From Phoronis australis (taxonomy: Eukaryota > Animalia > Phoronida), in the NCBI GenBank assembly GCA_002633005.1, contig NMRA01000982.1, forward strand, positions 1 to 64,000: a stretch of 64,000 nt of DNA, in the 5' to 3' direction. Under the pieces are notes generated by a model that was not told the DNA's origin, did no database searches, and worked only from the letters and a program-made list of their open reading frames with translations. Shown here one piece after another: positions 49,171-61,827 of the stretch; position 1 is the first letter of the stretch, and every line of letters starts with the position of its first letter. The translations under genes and the position numbers were made by a program.

Positions 49171-49809
49171 TTGAACTCGAGCGACGGATCGCAGAACTCG
49201 GACGAAACGGAAACAAACGAAGACACAGCTGATGAGGAAGAAGTCCAGCCGCTCTCTGAGCGCAATTCATCTTCCGAATCTATGGTTTTACCTGAAATTA
49301 CGATTGAACCAGCGACGTCCGAGGAAGACGTTTCGTGCAAAGAATCGTTGGAACGCAAGACATCGTCATCTGATTCAATTGAATTCCAAAGTGTCAGTAG
49401 TGAATCCGTCAGCTCCTTTGAAACTGACGAGGAAAGAAGTGAGGCAGACGACAACGGAACAGAGTCGTCAATCAACTGTTCCAACAGGCAGTCCGACGGT
49501 GACGTTGGAAGCTCTGAAGAGGACAGTCTCCAAAAAACACGATCTGAACTTGAATATGAAAGATTCCTTGAATTTAACGAGATGATGCGTGAAAGATTAA
49601 AACATATTGATGAATGGCCACCGCCCAGACCGAGTCTATGGAAAAGGTTCAAAAACAGATTTTATAAATGTTTCCCACGACTCAAGCCAAAACCAAAAGA
49701 CAGAAGATACATCATTCATTTCCCGAAGCCATGGCTCAAACCCAGGACTTATGATTGGTATCTTCCAGATCAATTTGATTGTATCGGATGGATGTGCTCG
49801 AGTTATTAG
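49171..49809 (+). CDS. Hypothetical acidic Ser/Glu-rich protein with a basic, aromatic, Pro-rich C-terminus; start unclear, possibly pseudogene
   Basis: 212-codon open frame with protein-like composition; upstream ATG at 49101 is out of frame and the first in-frame ATG is near 49282; no family recognised. Confidence 0.45.
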   Translation: MNSSDGSQNSDETETNEDTADEEEVQPLSERNSSSESMVLPEITIEPATSEEDVSCKESLERKTSSSDSIEFQSVSSESVSSFETDEERSEADDNGTESSINCSNRQSDGDVGSSEEDSLQKTRSELEYERFLEFNEMMRERLKHIDEWPPPRPSLWKRFKNRFYKCFPRLKPKPKDRRYIIHFPKPWLKPRTYDWYLPDQFDCIGWMCSSY

Positions 49810-52800
49810 ATTAGGATATATCAGCTCAATCAGGTAAAATTTTCACATACATACATGTATCTTATTGATAGATTTGAATTATTTTTTTTCTTTCTAAAAA
49901 GCTTAGGAGCTCACGAACACCAATTTATCTCTGAAACAAGACTTGAACAGCATAATGTTTTGTTCATATTCCAATAGCAAACACAAATGCACCAAAATAG
50001 CCAGTCAAAAACTTTTTGTTTCAATTTATAGTTGTCAATTGTATTTAAAACATATTCTACGGTGGTGTTTTTGTGGAGTTTTCTTTCCAAAATGACAAGA
50101 AATGTTCTCACGCAAAAGGGAGAAAAGCGTCGCTAAGTTCAGTGTGGAATAATGCTTACTACCGTGGCGTGGTCATCCTTACGGTCCGATGTCTTGCCGT
50201 TGTCATCAGAATAACAAGTTAATAGCGAGTGTTAGCTTGTATCTACAAGGATATAGCCAGACAGCTATATTGTTGCGTCCGGGACCAGTAAACTCATATA
50301 ATGTCTCTCGAAAGATGCGCGTTCAGACCCTTACTGAAAAAAGTCTTTTTGCGGCCAAATCGACATGAAACTTATACCACTGCAGAATGCACGGCCGAAT
50401 GTTTTCGTCACTCTTGCGTTCGATTAACCCTCACCTTGTTCCGCGTTACCAACAATTTAAAGCAACACAATCAAACAGGTAACATTGCTGTACAAAAGAA
50501 TGCTCCTACGAAAACAAAATGTGCAAAAGGGTTATGTTAACATAGGGTGAGACTTAACCTCGTCGACTCTCTAAAAGGGTGAATATCTCCCAATGGCACA
50601 TACACTTTGCAGGTATTTGCTGTGCCATGGATACATACATGTAAATATGCCTTCCGTTACTTTTTGGACGTCCACCTCTAAGGCTATAAAAACAATCCAT
50701 TTCGAACAGTCAAAAATTAAAATACTTCACAATCCAAAATATGCACTTTGACGTGTCTTTTGATTGTTAGCGAAACTAAAAAAATTCGTCATCTGTATTT
50801 TGAAGCATTTTTAACTATAAATTCGAAATCAAAATTCTGTTCCAAATACCAAGCTGAAGGTTCCTAAGTCTAGGTTCCCTTATGCTATATACAAGAATGA
50901 ACAAATACGTGACAAGGGTAAATTGTAAGGTTGGGTGGGCTATCCATCAAGAGTTCTCATGTTTTTGAGTCCTTTTCTCTCAGCAAGCTTGTCAATATTT
51001 CTCAGTCATTCCCAACTGACCGCGTCTGCATAGTCACAGGAAGTCTCTCACTCAGTCTTTACTCTTTCACTCACTTTCTGTGTTTGTTGGGGACTCCATC
51101 TAGTGAAAGGAAGAAACACTTCGAAAAAGGTTATCGATTAGAAAAGGAATCTTTCGGTGTGCTTTGCATTTCCGAGAGAGCCTTCGTAAGAGCTCTTTCA
51201 GGGAAAGGCAGCATGGTTCAGCTTATTTTACGTTGAGACATTGATCACAAGTCTATGAATGAGGGGGATGGGTGGCAGGGCCTCTCCATTAAAATGATAG
51301 AAAAGAATTACGGTGCAGTGCATTAGTTTTAATCTTCCACAGTCAGCAGACAGATGGATCAAACGTACATGTACATGTACGTACAGAGGTACGGACGGAC
51401 GGACGGACGGACAGAGGACAGACGTAGGGACGGAAAGACATACAGTCAACAAGACGTGGATCTACACCTACATGGTGATGCTAGCGAAGCCATACCAGCA
51501 AAGGAGCATCGTGACGAGCGTGAGAACGGTGAAATAGGAGAAGACCGAGATAGTATAATTGGTGTCGACAGCAATACGCTCATATTTCATTCGGTCCTCT
51601 ACTAAAAGAAATGTTCCCACGGCTATGCCAACTTTCTAAATATTGGAGACCTGCTGACACCCACCCTCTGCTGGCGCGCGAGAACTGCTGATACACTGTC
51701 ACTCTTGTTAAGCCCCTGGTGGTTGGCTCAGTTCGCCCACCGTGATAACACGTGATTAGCAAGAAAAACAGTATTTTACAAATTAATGTCATAGAAATTA
51801 GACGTGAGACAGCAGATAAGACGTACATGTATTAAACGCTCGTATTGAAGCAGTTGATCTGCCTTCGGTCTGAGACGACAGATTTGCCTGCTTATAAGAA
51901 GCCCACCCACCTCTGATTGCAGTATTTTTACTCATCGTTCTTCTGATTAGCCTCTGCCCTCTACCTCGGGCAACCGTGCCCTACATAATGCGACAGTGCC
52001 CTCGGAATCGGAGTTTGAATATTAAACTTAAAATTAGGTTTCGTACACTTCTCTTTTTAAATATGCGGCAGATGACGAATTCAGCAAAAAAATCAACAAT
52101 TAAAATACGTCATCGTTAATGACGTTGCATTTGCATATTGTAATGACGCATTCTTCTGAGGTAGGCCATTAAAGAGATCATCGGTAAAAAAGTATTAAGA
52201 ATATTATTCGAGTGGACAGTGCGAGAACTTTGCTTTATGTGGGAAAGTTGAAGTAAAGAGGAAAGTGAGAAAACGTGTGCATGAAATACTGTTTTAAAAC
52301 TTGCAACAACCATGTTTGTTATATATGATGGAAAATGTAAAGTGCATTGGTGACATTTGCGAATTCTAACGTGCGTGAAACGAAAGCCTGTAGGCTAGAA
52401 TATTTCAGGTATTCCTCTTTTTCAAGTGTGTAACATTCTTTAAGTGCTAAGTTGAGTGTCATAGAAGACAGTGGCTTTGATTGTACATGTAGTTTTCACA
52501 ACTGCTACTCGAAGCTGCCTATACAAAATATTGTGCTAGTTGCGTTGAACAAACCAAACTAACGACCGCACAATAAAGTTTTGAAGTTTTTTTTAAATCA
52601 GTCGGATTTACTAGAGTACACAGAGGGGCATTGGCATCTCAGTTAAGCGAAATAATTTTGCATCTTTCAGGTAGAAAGCTGCGTTGGCTTAACATTAACT
52701 CCCTGTAATACCAGTTGGTTTATAGTGTACCGAAGCAATGCCTTTATCGAAAGCCCATGACTCTCTTCAGTTACAGTTTAGTCTCGCAGTTAACATGATG

Positions 52801-53392
52801 TCGTTTATTAAGAACCTTCAACATACATCTATCATCAAAACTCTGAAATTATGCTGTTCAGGATATAATTATACACTTATACAATTACATCAAGATTGAA
52901 GTGCAGCCTTAGAACATTACTTTGATGTTTTTAGTGACAGGAAATTAATGCCGACGACATATGTACATGTATATCCTTCGCAAAAATATTCTTCGCAAAA
53001 ACAAAATCATCTTATTCAGAAAGAAGGCGACTTACAAAGTCGTATCTTCAAACTTCCCCCAGAAGAAAGATCGCCAAGAAAATGGCCCGAATAACTAAAT
53101 ATGTTGATCACAGGTGGAAGAGTAGTCAAGTCGTCCCTTAATGAAATAAAAAGGGTCGCGTTAGATGGAAGGTTGAGAATGAAAATCGGAAATGCGAAAG
53201 CTCTTAACGTTGTTGTACTAGTGATCAGATTATCGAGATTTCTCACACTTACGTCCCTGAGAAGGGTTACCTAACTGTTCATCTATTAAAAGTACTTTTT
53301 AGATGTTATTCTAAGTGCTCATCAACGTTACGTCGGAGGATCAGAGCCATTTAGCTGACGATTTTATGCTTGTGTTTCAGTTGGTTGCCGTA

Positions 53393-53976
53393 ATGGACGA
53401 CATGGCGTATGGTCCGACGACGATTCCTGCAGGTTAGAAACCCGCTATTTCATAAAATACCTCACAAATCCCTGCACATAACATTTTATCACATTTGCAG
53501 TTGTGTGTCGTGCCTTTAAAAGTCTAAAATGCACAGAGGCGTGTTTATCTGGTGACTTTCTCTCCGTTTTCCCCGCGTATGCTTACTTTATGGCAATGTG
53601 TTTTCAATCCATGGATAGACAACGTCGAATTTTAGAATGACCAAGATTACAGATGGGTACGCGGTTGTAGTTTTGCAATCGCCATCATCGTCGTCATCGT
53701 CATCAACTTTATGGCCGTCGTCATTATTGCTTCCCAATGAATCTACACGTCTTGTACACATGTACATGCTTTTCAGTGCGCCCATCAGAGTGTGACCATG
53801 TGAGTGCTCACAAGAAATTTAGCGAGTTGTCAAGTGTCCAAGTTCAAACAGCGCGTGTCGAAGAAATCGAGGAGAACCATATGTGGTCGATAACTCCTGA
53901 AGAAAACGAGATTCTCGCCGAGGACACGAAGCTTCAGTTTTCTGCGCAGAAGATCCCGCTGTCTCAAATTTCTTAA
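53393..53976 (+). CDS. Possible small two-exon hypothetical protein (53393-53432 + 53777-53976, 79 aa)
   Basis: Good splice sites (tttcag, cag|gttag, ttttcag) with matching phase, giving MDDMAYGPTTIPAVRPSECDH...SQIS; no homology recognised. Confidence 0.3.
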
Positions 53977-56661
53977 TAACTACCAAATGTCTCAACGGAC
54001 TGAGGCCCGTAGGAAATCTGTGATTTTTGACAATTCTTCCGGAGACAATTTTAATTCTTTCTATCACTTTCACTTTCGATGGCATGATTCAGTTGCATAT
54101 GGGTACATGTTACCACAGGAGACGCCAGAATAGTTTTATGTATTCCTGTTCTCATAATTATTTTTGTATTGTATGCAAGTTTTTGTTTCTTTTTGGTGAA
54201 CAGGTCTTTGCTGGATTATGCAAATTAGTTGGATCGGACAACAGCCTGCTTCATCGTTTTGGTTCCTTGTTTGTTCACGACTCAAAACCATGTCTGCATT
54301 GAACCGTATATTTGCTGTTTATAATACATTTGCTGTTAGTTGTCAAAAACTCGAATCTTTTCTTTTACGTTAACTTGTCCCTTGTAACCTGAATGTCAAG
54401 AGATAGTCTCCTATACAGACCGCTTCTCTCTTCAACAAAACACAGTCACATGTCTTGAGACTTCATTGTCTCACAAATTCTCCCTCCCAAAGCAAACGAT
54501 TTACAACTGGATTCTAAATTAGCCAGTGTACAATCGTATTAACTGAATGGAAGTAGTTCACTAACTGGTCATACCTAATTACCATGTTCATTACCTGCAG
54601 CTGGAGACCAGACAAAGGCCTTAAATCACTGATAAAAGCGTGTCCAGCAATTCCATGAAGTCCCTATTTACAGTCGTGTAACGTTATGTACATGTAGCTG
54701 ACAACAGTTGAGGTCATGGCGATAGGCGGCGCTTTTCTTATTGTGAAAATAATGAATGCACAGACAATATCGTAATTCAAGTCCAAAACCTGAAAGTTAT
54801 CAGCAGGTATTAATCGAGTGAAAACCAAAATATTATTACACACACTTTTAGTTGCACAATGATCGATACTAGCCAATACTCGGCTTTGTTTAAAGTTTAC
54901 AGGGCTTGAAATGATCAATGACAAAAAGACGGAAAAATTTTTGGGTGACTTATCGTTCTACAAATAAATAGGCTTGTGTGATAGAAATATTTTTGTGTTG
55001 TAAAATTCAACTGAAATGAAAGTTTTTGCAAGAACATGGAGTGAAATTAAAGGTAAAAAGGAGACAAAAAGAGGAAAGTGGGAATCAAATAAGATGAACT
55101 ACAAACCTAAAAAGAAGAAATCCTATTAAAAGAGGAAAGTTCCAAGCCCTGATTCTATTCGACTTGACAACTCAAGCATCTGTGCGTTTTACAGCGATAA
55201 ACCATCAAGTTTGGAGAGTTCCTAAATACTGGTATCATCTATTTCAAAACTCAAAAGGTAATCTTCAGGATGTTCAGACCATATGGCGCAATCTCATCAG
55301 GAAACGAATCAATTACCCAACTCAAGCAAACTTCTCTTCTTCGAAGCAGTAAAATTAAAAGAAAAATGATATACATGCATTTGATCGATCTAGTATACTT
55401 ACGAAAAGTTCTAATTTCACGGACCAGGCTAGTCCGAGTTCCAATTCATATAATTTAGTGTCAGAGAATATGTTTCAATTGCCTTTATGCAGTTTCAAGG
55501 GTTTTCAAAACTTTTTTGACTTTGTATATTTAACGTGCCTGTTTCACTGGTTGGACATCGGTCGGAAAAAAATCAGACTGCTGGGCTTCTCTAATTTACC
55601 GTGCTGCGCGGTCAATTGCCCCCATGCAACGAGTTCATACAGTGCCATTCTTTGTGTTGACAACCAATTGTTTTGGTGTCAAACTACGTCTCTAACGTAG
55701 CTCCAATGTATGTTTAGGTCAGAGCGTTCACCTGGAGCGGTCAGTATGAACGGTTAACTTCGGCCCTGAATCAAAGTTAACAGCTCCTCTTAACTTCGCA
55801 GTGAACAGGCGGATTTAGCAGCGGGCTTTGAAGTTGCTTGAAGTAACAGATCAGAAATTTGACTTTACAGTCCACACAACTAGTTCTAAAAATAGTAAAT
55901 ATCACGTGACCAAAAGTGCAAAGTGTATGAGAATATAATCGCAGCTTCTGGGAAATATTTCAACACCGTGATGCGCTCATAATTACTTGGCTAAACCGTT
56001 TCCAGCAATTATGAATGGGGAGCGTATGAACAAAATTCTGTCCTGTATTTTAAGTTACTTTCATGAAACAGACCCCGAGTGTTTTTTATTGGACAGACAA
56101 AAAGTTGTACAGTGTAGGCCACTTTTCTACTTTTGCGTGACCTTTAAATCTTTGTGATTATGGCGTACATGCAATGAATCGTGTCTTCTTCAGAAAAGTT
56201 GTAAATCACATGTACATGTACGTGTGCCTGCGCATATAAAAGAAGTGTTTTGCATGACATTACGATTATTATTTACTGCTTTGTCATGTGAATGAGTGGC
56301 ATCACAAATGCTGCGTTGTAACAAACTATTTGTGAAAGTACATTCGTGCGTGAGTGTAGGGCAAAATGTTTGACAACTCTACACGATATGTCCTTGGGTA
56401 CTACACTCCTCATGTGAAATACCCCCCATGATGACCCACCGTCGTCGAGGCCTAAGACTATGGCACTGATATACCAAGTAAAATTCCATAAATCTCATGT
56501 ACCGGAAACAATTAATTATGAACTTTTGTGTTTATCCCGATTCGTTGTGTAGGAGTAAAAATGAGGTCGATTGACGTTAACAACAAGATTAAACAAACGT
56601 CCGCAATGTAAACTGGAAACCGACACTTGGAAGCTCTGGTTATGATGGTTCCATCCATGTT

Positions 56662-59600
56662 TCAAAGATCTCTCTCGCAGATGAAGGGTCGTCTGTAGTT
56701 GCAATATTGAGCATAGAACTTCGTATTGCTTACTTCAAGACACCGCTTCCATAATGATGAGCTTGGTTCTGAAAAGATACACGTAACCGTACACACGGTG
56801 GACTCAGTCGGTACATGTATATTCGTACGGCTGACTTACCCCATCTGAGTTTAGTCAGAACGAACATCGCTTTCGAGGGCTGTGATTACAGCTCTCGGAT
56901 CCACTAAACAATACATGCATACTGAGTAGCTGGCTGACTATTTGGATACATTGATCGCAGACTTATCATTCTCAAAGGAAAACGAGAAATGAGAGTTAAA
57001 AGACTTGCTCACGGTCACTGCAGTAACACGTTATTAACTGGCTCGCATAATCATGTCTTTTAAGGAAAGGTAGCCTACGTTGATAGCAAAACAACGTCAT
57101 CAACAACATGACCGAATGTTGTTTGATACATTATGTGCAAGATAAAATCTAAAAAGAGCTGATACACTATATCTAACTTATCATTTCGTTTTTGTTCTTC
57201 TCAACTTTTTAGTTTTTCAGTGAAAACCATAACAGTCCTATTTTTCAATCGCCCCTCGTGAAATCCGAAACATTTTGAAAACAATTTCCACAAGAGTTCG
57301 GATAATACTGCATACAGCATAGTACCATCCGATTAGCCATTTTTCGTGGGTGGTGGCGCACCATAGCTAGGGGTGCGCCATAGCTAGGGGTGCACCATAG
57401 CTAGGGGTGCACCACAGCTAGGGGTGCACCATAGCTAGGGGTGCGCCGCCTATGTGTCTCACACGTAATGTTCCGAAATTAGCCAAATTTGGAGATAACC
57501 TTAAATTCGGTGTCATTCAAATTCTGCTGACGGACATCAATTTGTGGCCACAACGACGGAAAATCAAAAATTCTCCAATCCTGTTTTTCTTGGAAAAAGT
57601 ACTACACTACCACGTTGAACGAACATCGTTTTAATTGTGAATGACTGTTGAGTGAGCTAGTTTGTCAGTTAGATATTACATGTAGCTGTACGCCAACTAA
57701 CCCACGAACTGATCTATCTAGGCCTACCCGGTACCCACCTCCACTCGCCCACGGCGTCCACCTGTTTAGAAGGCTGTTGGTTTTTTCCCACACCCATCTA
57801 TTCTTCTTCAGGCGGTCGATTCCTCCTATCCAGAAACGCGCACTGGAAGCTGTGCCGAAATATTGGAATCTGTGGTTTATCATGTATTTTACCCTTCCGT
57901 ACGCGAACGGGTTACTAATGACGGCAAGATGGCCGCCGTCGTCGTGACACGCTGCATAGGCGCTGTACCAGTTTGCCGGCTTCATAACTAGACGAAAACA
58001 CTTGTGAGGGTAACGCAAATTTGGAGGAGGGGCGAACCATGGGAACGAATGGGGTATGTATCCAACAGGACATCTGTTACTCTTCAAAATCTAGAAAGAA
58101 CAGAGGAGAACTATTCATAATGATTTGTGTAATAAACTCACGTCGTTTTTAACAGCAGTCCGATCGCTAGGTTCTGAACTTGAATTACTGCGTACTTTAA
58201 TTGGACCAAGCCTGAGTGACTGATGCTTCAATGCGACAGGTATCGCCACATTTATTCAGCAAATAATTACTTTACGCCACCGAAAGTTACTTTACGCGTC
58301 AAATAATTAATTTACGCAGCAGATAATTACTTTACGCCTCTAAATAATTACCGTATGCTTCGAACAAGAATTAACTTATGCACGCAATTTACGTGCGTAA
58401 CGTTCGCCATTTGATAGATTTCACAACTTCAGCGTCTATGTATTCGTCATTTGAGTTCAATAACGTTTAGGACCTCGCTAAAATTCGTGAGATTGTTGCT
58501 GTGTTCTTTAAATGAGAACACGTGATTTTGGCAAAATTGTAGAGAAGTCCTAGCGTAGGTCCTAGCGTTATTGAAGCTCTTGCAAATGTCGGGATGATTT
58601 TAGGTCATCATGTCGGAAAAGTATCGCATTTGAAGGTCGAATATAGTAAACGGCAGTCGAGAACATCTTGAACGAAGAAAGGCACCAACATATAGAAAAC
58701 ACTGAGAACTGCAATGGCGCCAGAACGATGCCAATAGTACTGCTTGGCGGAAGTTGCAGGGCAATGCGTAAAAACCACGACCTTTTAAGTGTCGCCGTGT
58801 AAGCCGGACCGTCCTATATCACCATAGTAATTTTGAGACTTGTGCTGAGTTTCGTAGACACAAGAGCATTGCCAGGGAAGGTAGTGCCGGGCGGCGCACC
58901 ATAGGGGGCTGGGGGGCTATAGCTCCTCACTAGTGTCAGTGCGTGGTGACACCTCTTGAAGTCTGGAATAGTCGCGTTTTCTCGAGGTTCTTGGGTCTAT
59001 GGAAAGTATGTGGTCATTCGTAAATACCACTTTGGCACTGTCCACGGGCTGAGGGCCAGTTGGGATGATCATGGCCTCGGTTATTCGGTCGCCTATTTTA
59101 CGCGATCCTTGTTATTTATTCCCAGCTCCATCCGATTGACATTCTATTAAAATTAAAGTCGCACAAGTTGCAAAATCCCACGACTCTCCACCCGAAGAAA
59201 CTGAAATATTTTTTTTTTTTGATTCGTGACAGTTCTTTTGATTCGTGGTCGTACTTGTGTAGTAGAAACGGAGCCTTAATTCGGTTAACAAATGCTAGAG
59301 CGGCTGAATGGCGGTTCTCCCAAGGCACTCACTAAAAATAAGAAGTCTGGGAACGCTGGTGATTGGAGTTGCCATCATCACAAAAATTTTCACTCTTGCC
59401 CGAATGGCACGATTTGAGCAATCCCCCGCCGGCCGTTCATACCCTAGTCGACCAAATTACCTAAATCTCCTTAACTACATGACGTACATGTACAAAGAGG
59501 AGAACCAAAAAGGTGTGTCTTATAATTGACTTATTCACTTAACGGATAACCCTGCAGATGCGGCTATCGTTTGCTACACCAAACGCTGGGGAATTTGCAT

Positions 59601-59703
59601 GTACAGGTACCTTATACAGTAAAGTTTGCTCAGCTGTCAACGTCACAGCGGCCATACCACTCGTCATAACTCCAAGCATGACAATGAAGAAGAGAAACTT
59701 CAT
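56662..59703 (-). CDS. Secreted single-domain C-type lectin-like protein, 183 aa; exons 59703-59611, 58090-57739, 56768-56662
   Basis: Signal peptide MKFLFFIVMLGVMTSGMA; CTLD motifs CPVGY, KCF, NWYSAYAAC...GGHLAVI, FWIGG, WVW, WASGEPS, C...C...FICE; GT-AG introns in phase 0 and 1. Confidence 0.92.
57361..57446 (+). repeat. Minisatellite, 5 x 17 bp (CCATAGCTAGGGGTGCR)
   Basis: Directly visible tandem units in the lectin intron. Confidence 0.93.
58261..58358 (+). repeat. Degenerate ~20-bp tandem repeat (AAATAATTACTTTACGC...)
   Basis: About five diverged units. Confidence 0.7.
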
Positions 59704-59835
59704 TTCGGTGTCAGGTATATTGTGAAATTCCACAAACTGTTAATACTGCCTTTGGGTGCGTGAACTTTTCTGAGGTAAAGGCGATTGGACTCAAACATTT
59801 CAAGCAAAAAGGTCGTGACTAGTTACACACGAAAA

Positions 59836-61224
59836 TATGGTGGCTCAAAGACGACATTGCAGGTTTCTTTTTTAATTATCTCAGAATCTCAAGATCCCGA
59901 CTTAATTAACTCAGGATCGCGAGATCATCATTCGAGACCCCGGCGTAATTATCTCAGAATCTCTAAATCCCAACTGAACTATCTCAGGATCTCGAGATTC
60001 CGATATAATTTTCCTCGGTGTGTCGCTGTACGTATACAACGGTGTTCTGGCGAGTTGCATTGCCACACCATCTGAATCCACAGCCGGAAAAAGGATTCGT
60101 ACAGTTTCTCGTTTCACCATTAAATCCTTTAGTGACACGTGTGTGATGGATTAATCTACATAACCATATTGCTGCCCTGGCATCGATGTTTGTCGATCTA
60201 TGAAACCAATCACATCATCCATGTCGGAATAATTGTTACGACGAGCGAGCCCTAGTCTCGACAACAAACGCCGAAGGAGCCTAACGCTAATAATAATACC
60301 AAAGTGATACCTGAGCATGTCTAAAGTTTCTTTTTGCGACAGCCGTAAGTTGAAAAGATCTTTAACTTCATCTTTATCCAAATTGGAATATTCTTGGTGA
60401 CAGAAAACAAGGCCTATCATGTGACACCGATTTTAGAACAGTAGGAGACCTAATTCTATTTTTGTTTTCAGCCAGCAAAAGTAGGAGTATTGCAGTCTTT
60501 AAGCGGAAAGAGTATCGTTAAATTCCTCCCATTAACATCAGACACGTAAATCTGTTGTGGATTGATAAATCTGAACTTCTGTACTTAATTTCCCCAGATG
60601 GTGTCATCTGGACTGTTGGAAGTTATAAACATAAGCGTTGTCATTGACATTCTGTTACCATGATGCGTCCTGATAGGCACACGGTGTGGGTTAAGATTGT
60701 AGATGGCCTTGATTACTTGTCATTGTTGATGTATGAGACATCGAAACATGTTGAAAAATCTCGTTGTTTTTATTACTATTGTCACTTACTTTTCTTTGTT
60801 GAGACCATAAGCATTGTACACGATAACGTAGAATTTTTTCGAGTGCAACTGCCATTTGAGTTATTTGATAAAGTGACATAACCATCACAGTGTCATGGCT
60901 CAGAAATATGAGGTTTTAATGAGCCCAAACCCCTTGGATTTTATTGTTATGCAGATTTCTATTTTCCCCTTCACTGACGGGACCCCTTAGCTGCCACGGG
61001 CCCCGGAGTTGTGGGTCCTCTTGTCCTGAACCAACATTCGACGTCCCTCACCACAACCTACTTCGAGTATTCGTTGTGGAAACCACGACTTATTAGTTGA
61101 AACCGGTGGGAATATGAAAAGAGACTACGGTGATAGAATCGAGGTGCCGAGATAATTAAGTAAGCATCTCGAAATCCTGAGGTAATTAAAAATGAACTGG
61201 GTATGTCATCTTTGGGCCACCGTA
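59836..61224 (-). mobile_element. Internally deleted IS3EU-type DNA transposon
   Basis: Termini TATGGTGGC...GCCACCGTA, TIRs of about 80 bp with subterminal repeats, exact 6-bp TSD CGAAAA (59830-59835, 61225-61230), transposase N-terminal relic inside. Confidence 0.85.
60040..60420 (-). pseudogene. Relic of an IS3EU/integrase-core-type transposase N-terminus
   Basis: ISVRLLRRLLSRLGLARRNNYSD...VIGFI...GQQYGY then (after a break) LMVKRETVRIL...DSDGV, matching the conserved HTH region of this family; no catalytic DDE core present. Confidence 0.75.
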
Positions 61225-61827
61225 CGAAAAAGTTATTTGACTAAAATGTGCCGTAACTAATGTCAAATTTATTGTTAAATCATGTTTTCAAGTATTGTGA
61301 AAACGATTTCGTCCTTGATAGGCTGTAAATCACATGTACAGTGTACGTGTAAGTGTACACGCATACACGTATTTAAGTGAGTTTGCTTGTGTACTTTTGA
61401 GACATGATTTAGGGTTACACGGCTGACATATGTCATACAATACGTTATGCCATAACCTGGTTACACGTCAATGACAATGTCGCATCCTCGAAATTAACAA
61501 CAGGGTACGGTGAACCCGTTGGAAATAGTTCTGTACTTACTGCATGTGCATAGGTCTGAGAATAATACATCAGCTAGTGTACATACGAATATTCTTTCAT
61601 CTTCTAATCTCGTAAGCTGCATGGAACGGGGAGGGGCTTAATCAGTGCAGCCTTTAACACGGGGCCCACAGGGTCCGGGGGCCCCACGGCTACAGGGGCC
61701 CCACGCCGATCAGTATCATAGTAAAAAGTCAAGTGATACCAATCTTACGGACTCAGTGCCAGTGTGAGAGCAAAACGGCAGCATGTAATATACATGTAAC
61801 CTAGCTGCATGAATGGACCAATCAGAT

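Noticed and set aside
49050-49652. 200-aa Ser-rich minus-strand ORF
   Set aside because: Antisense of the acidic plus-strand ORF, which has the more protein-like C-terminus.
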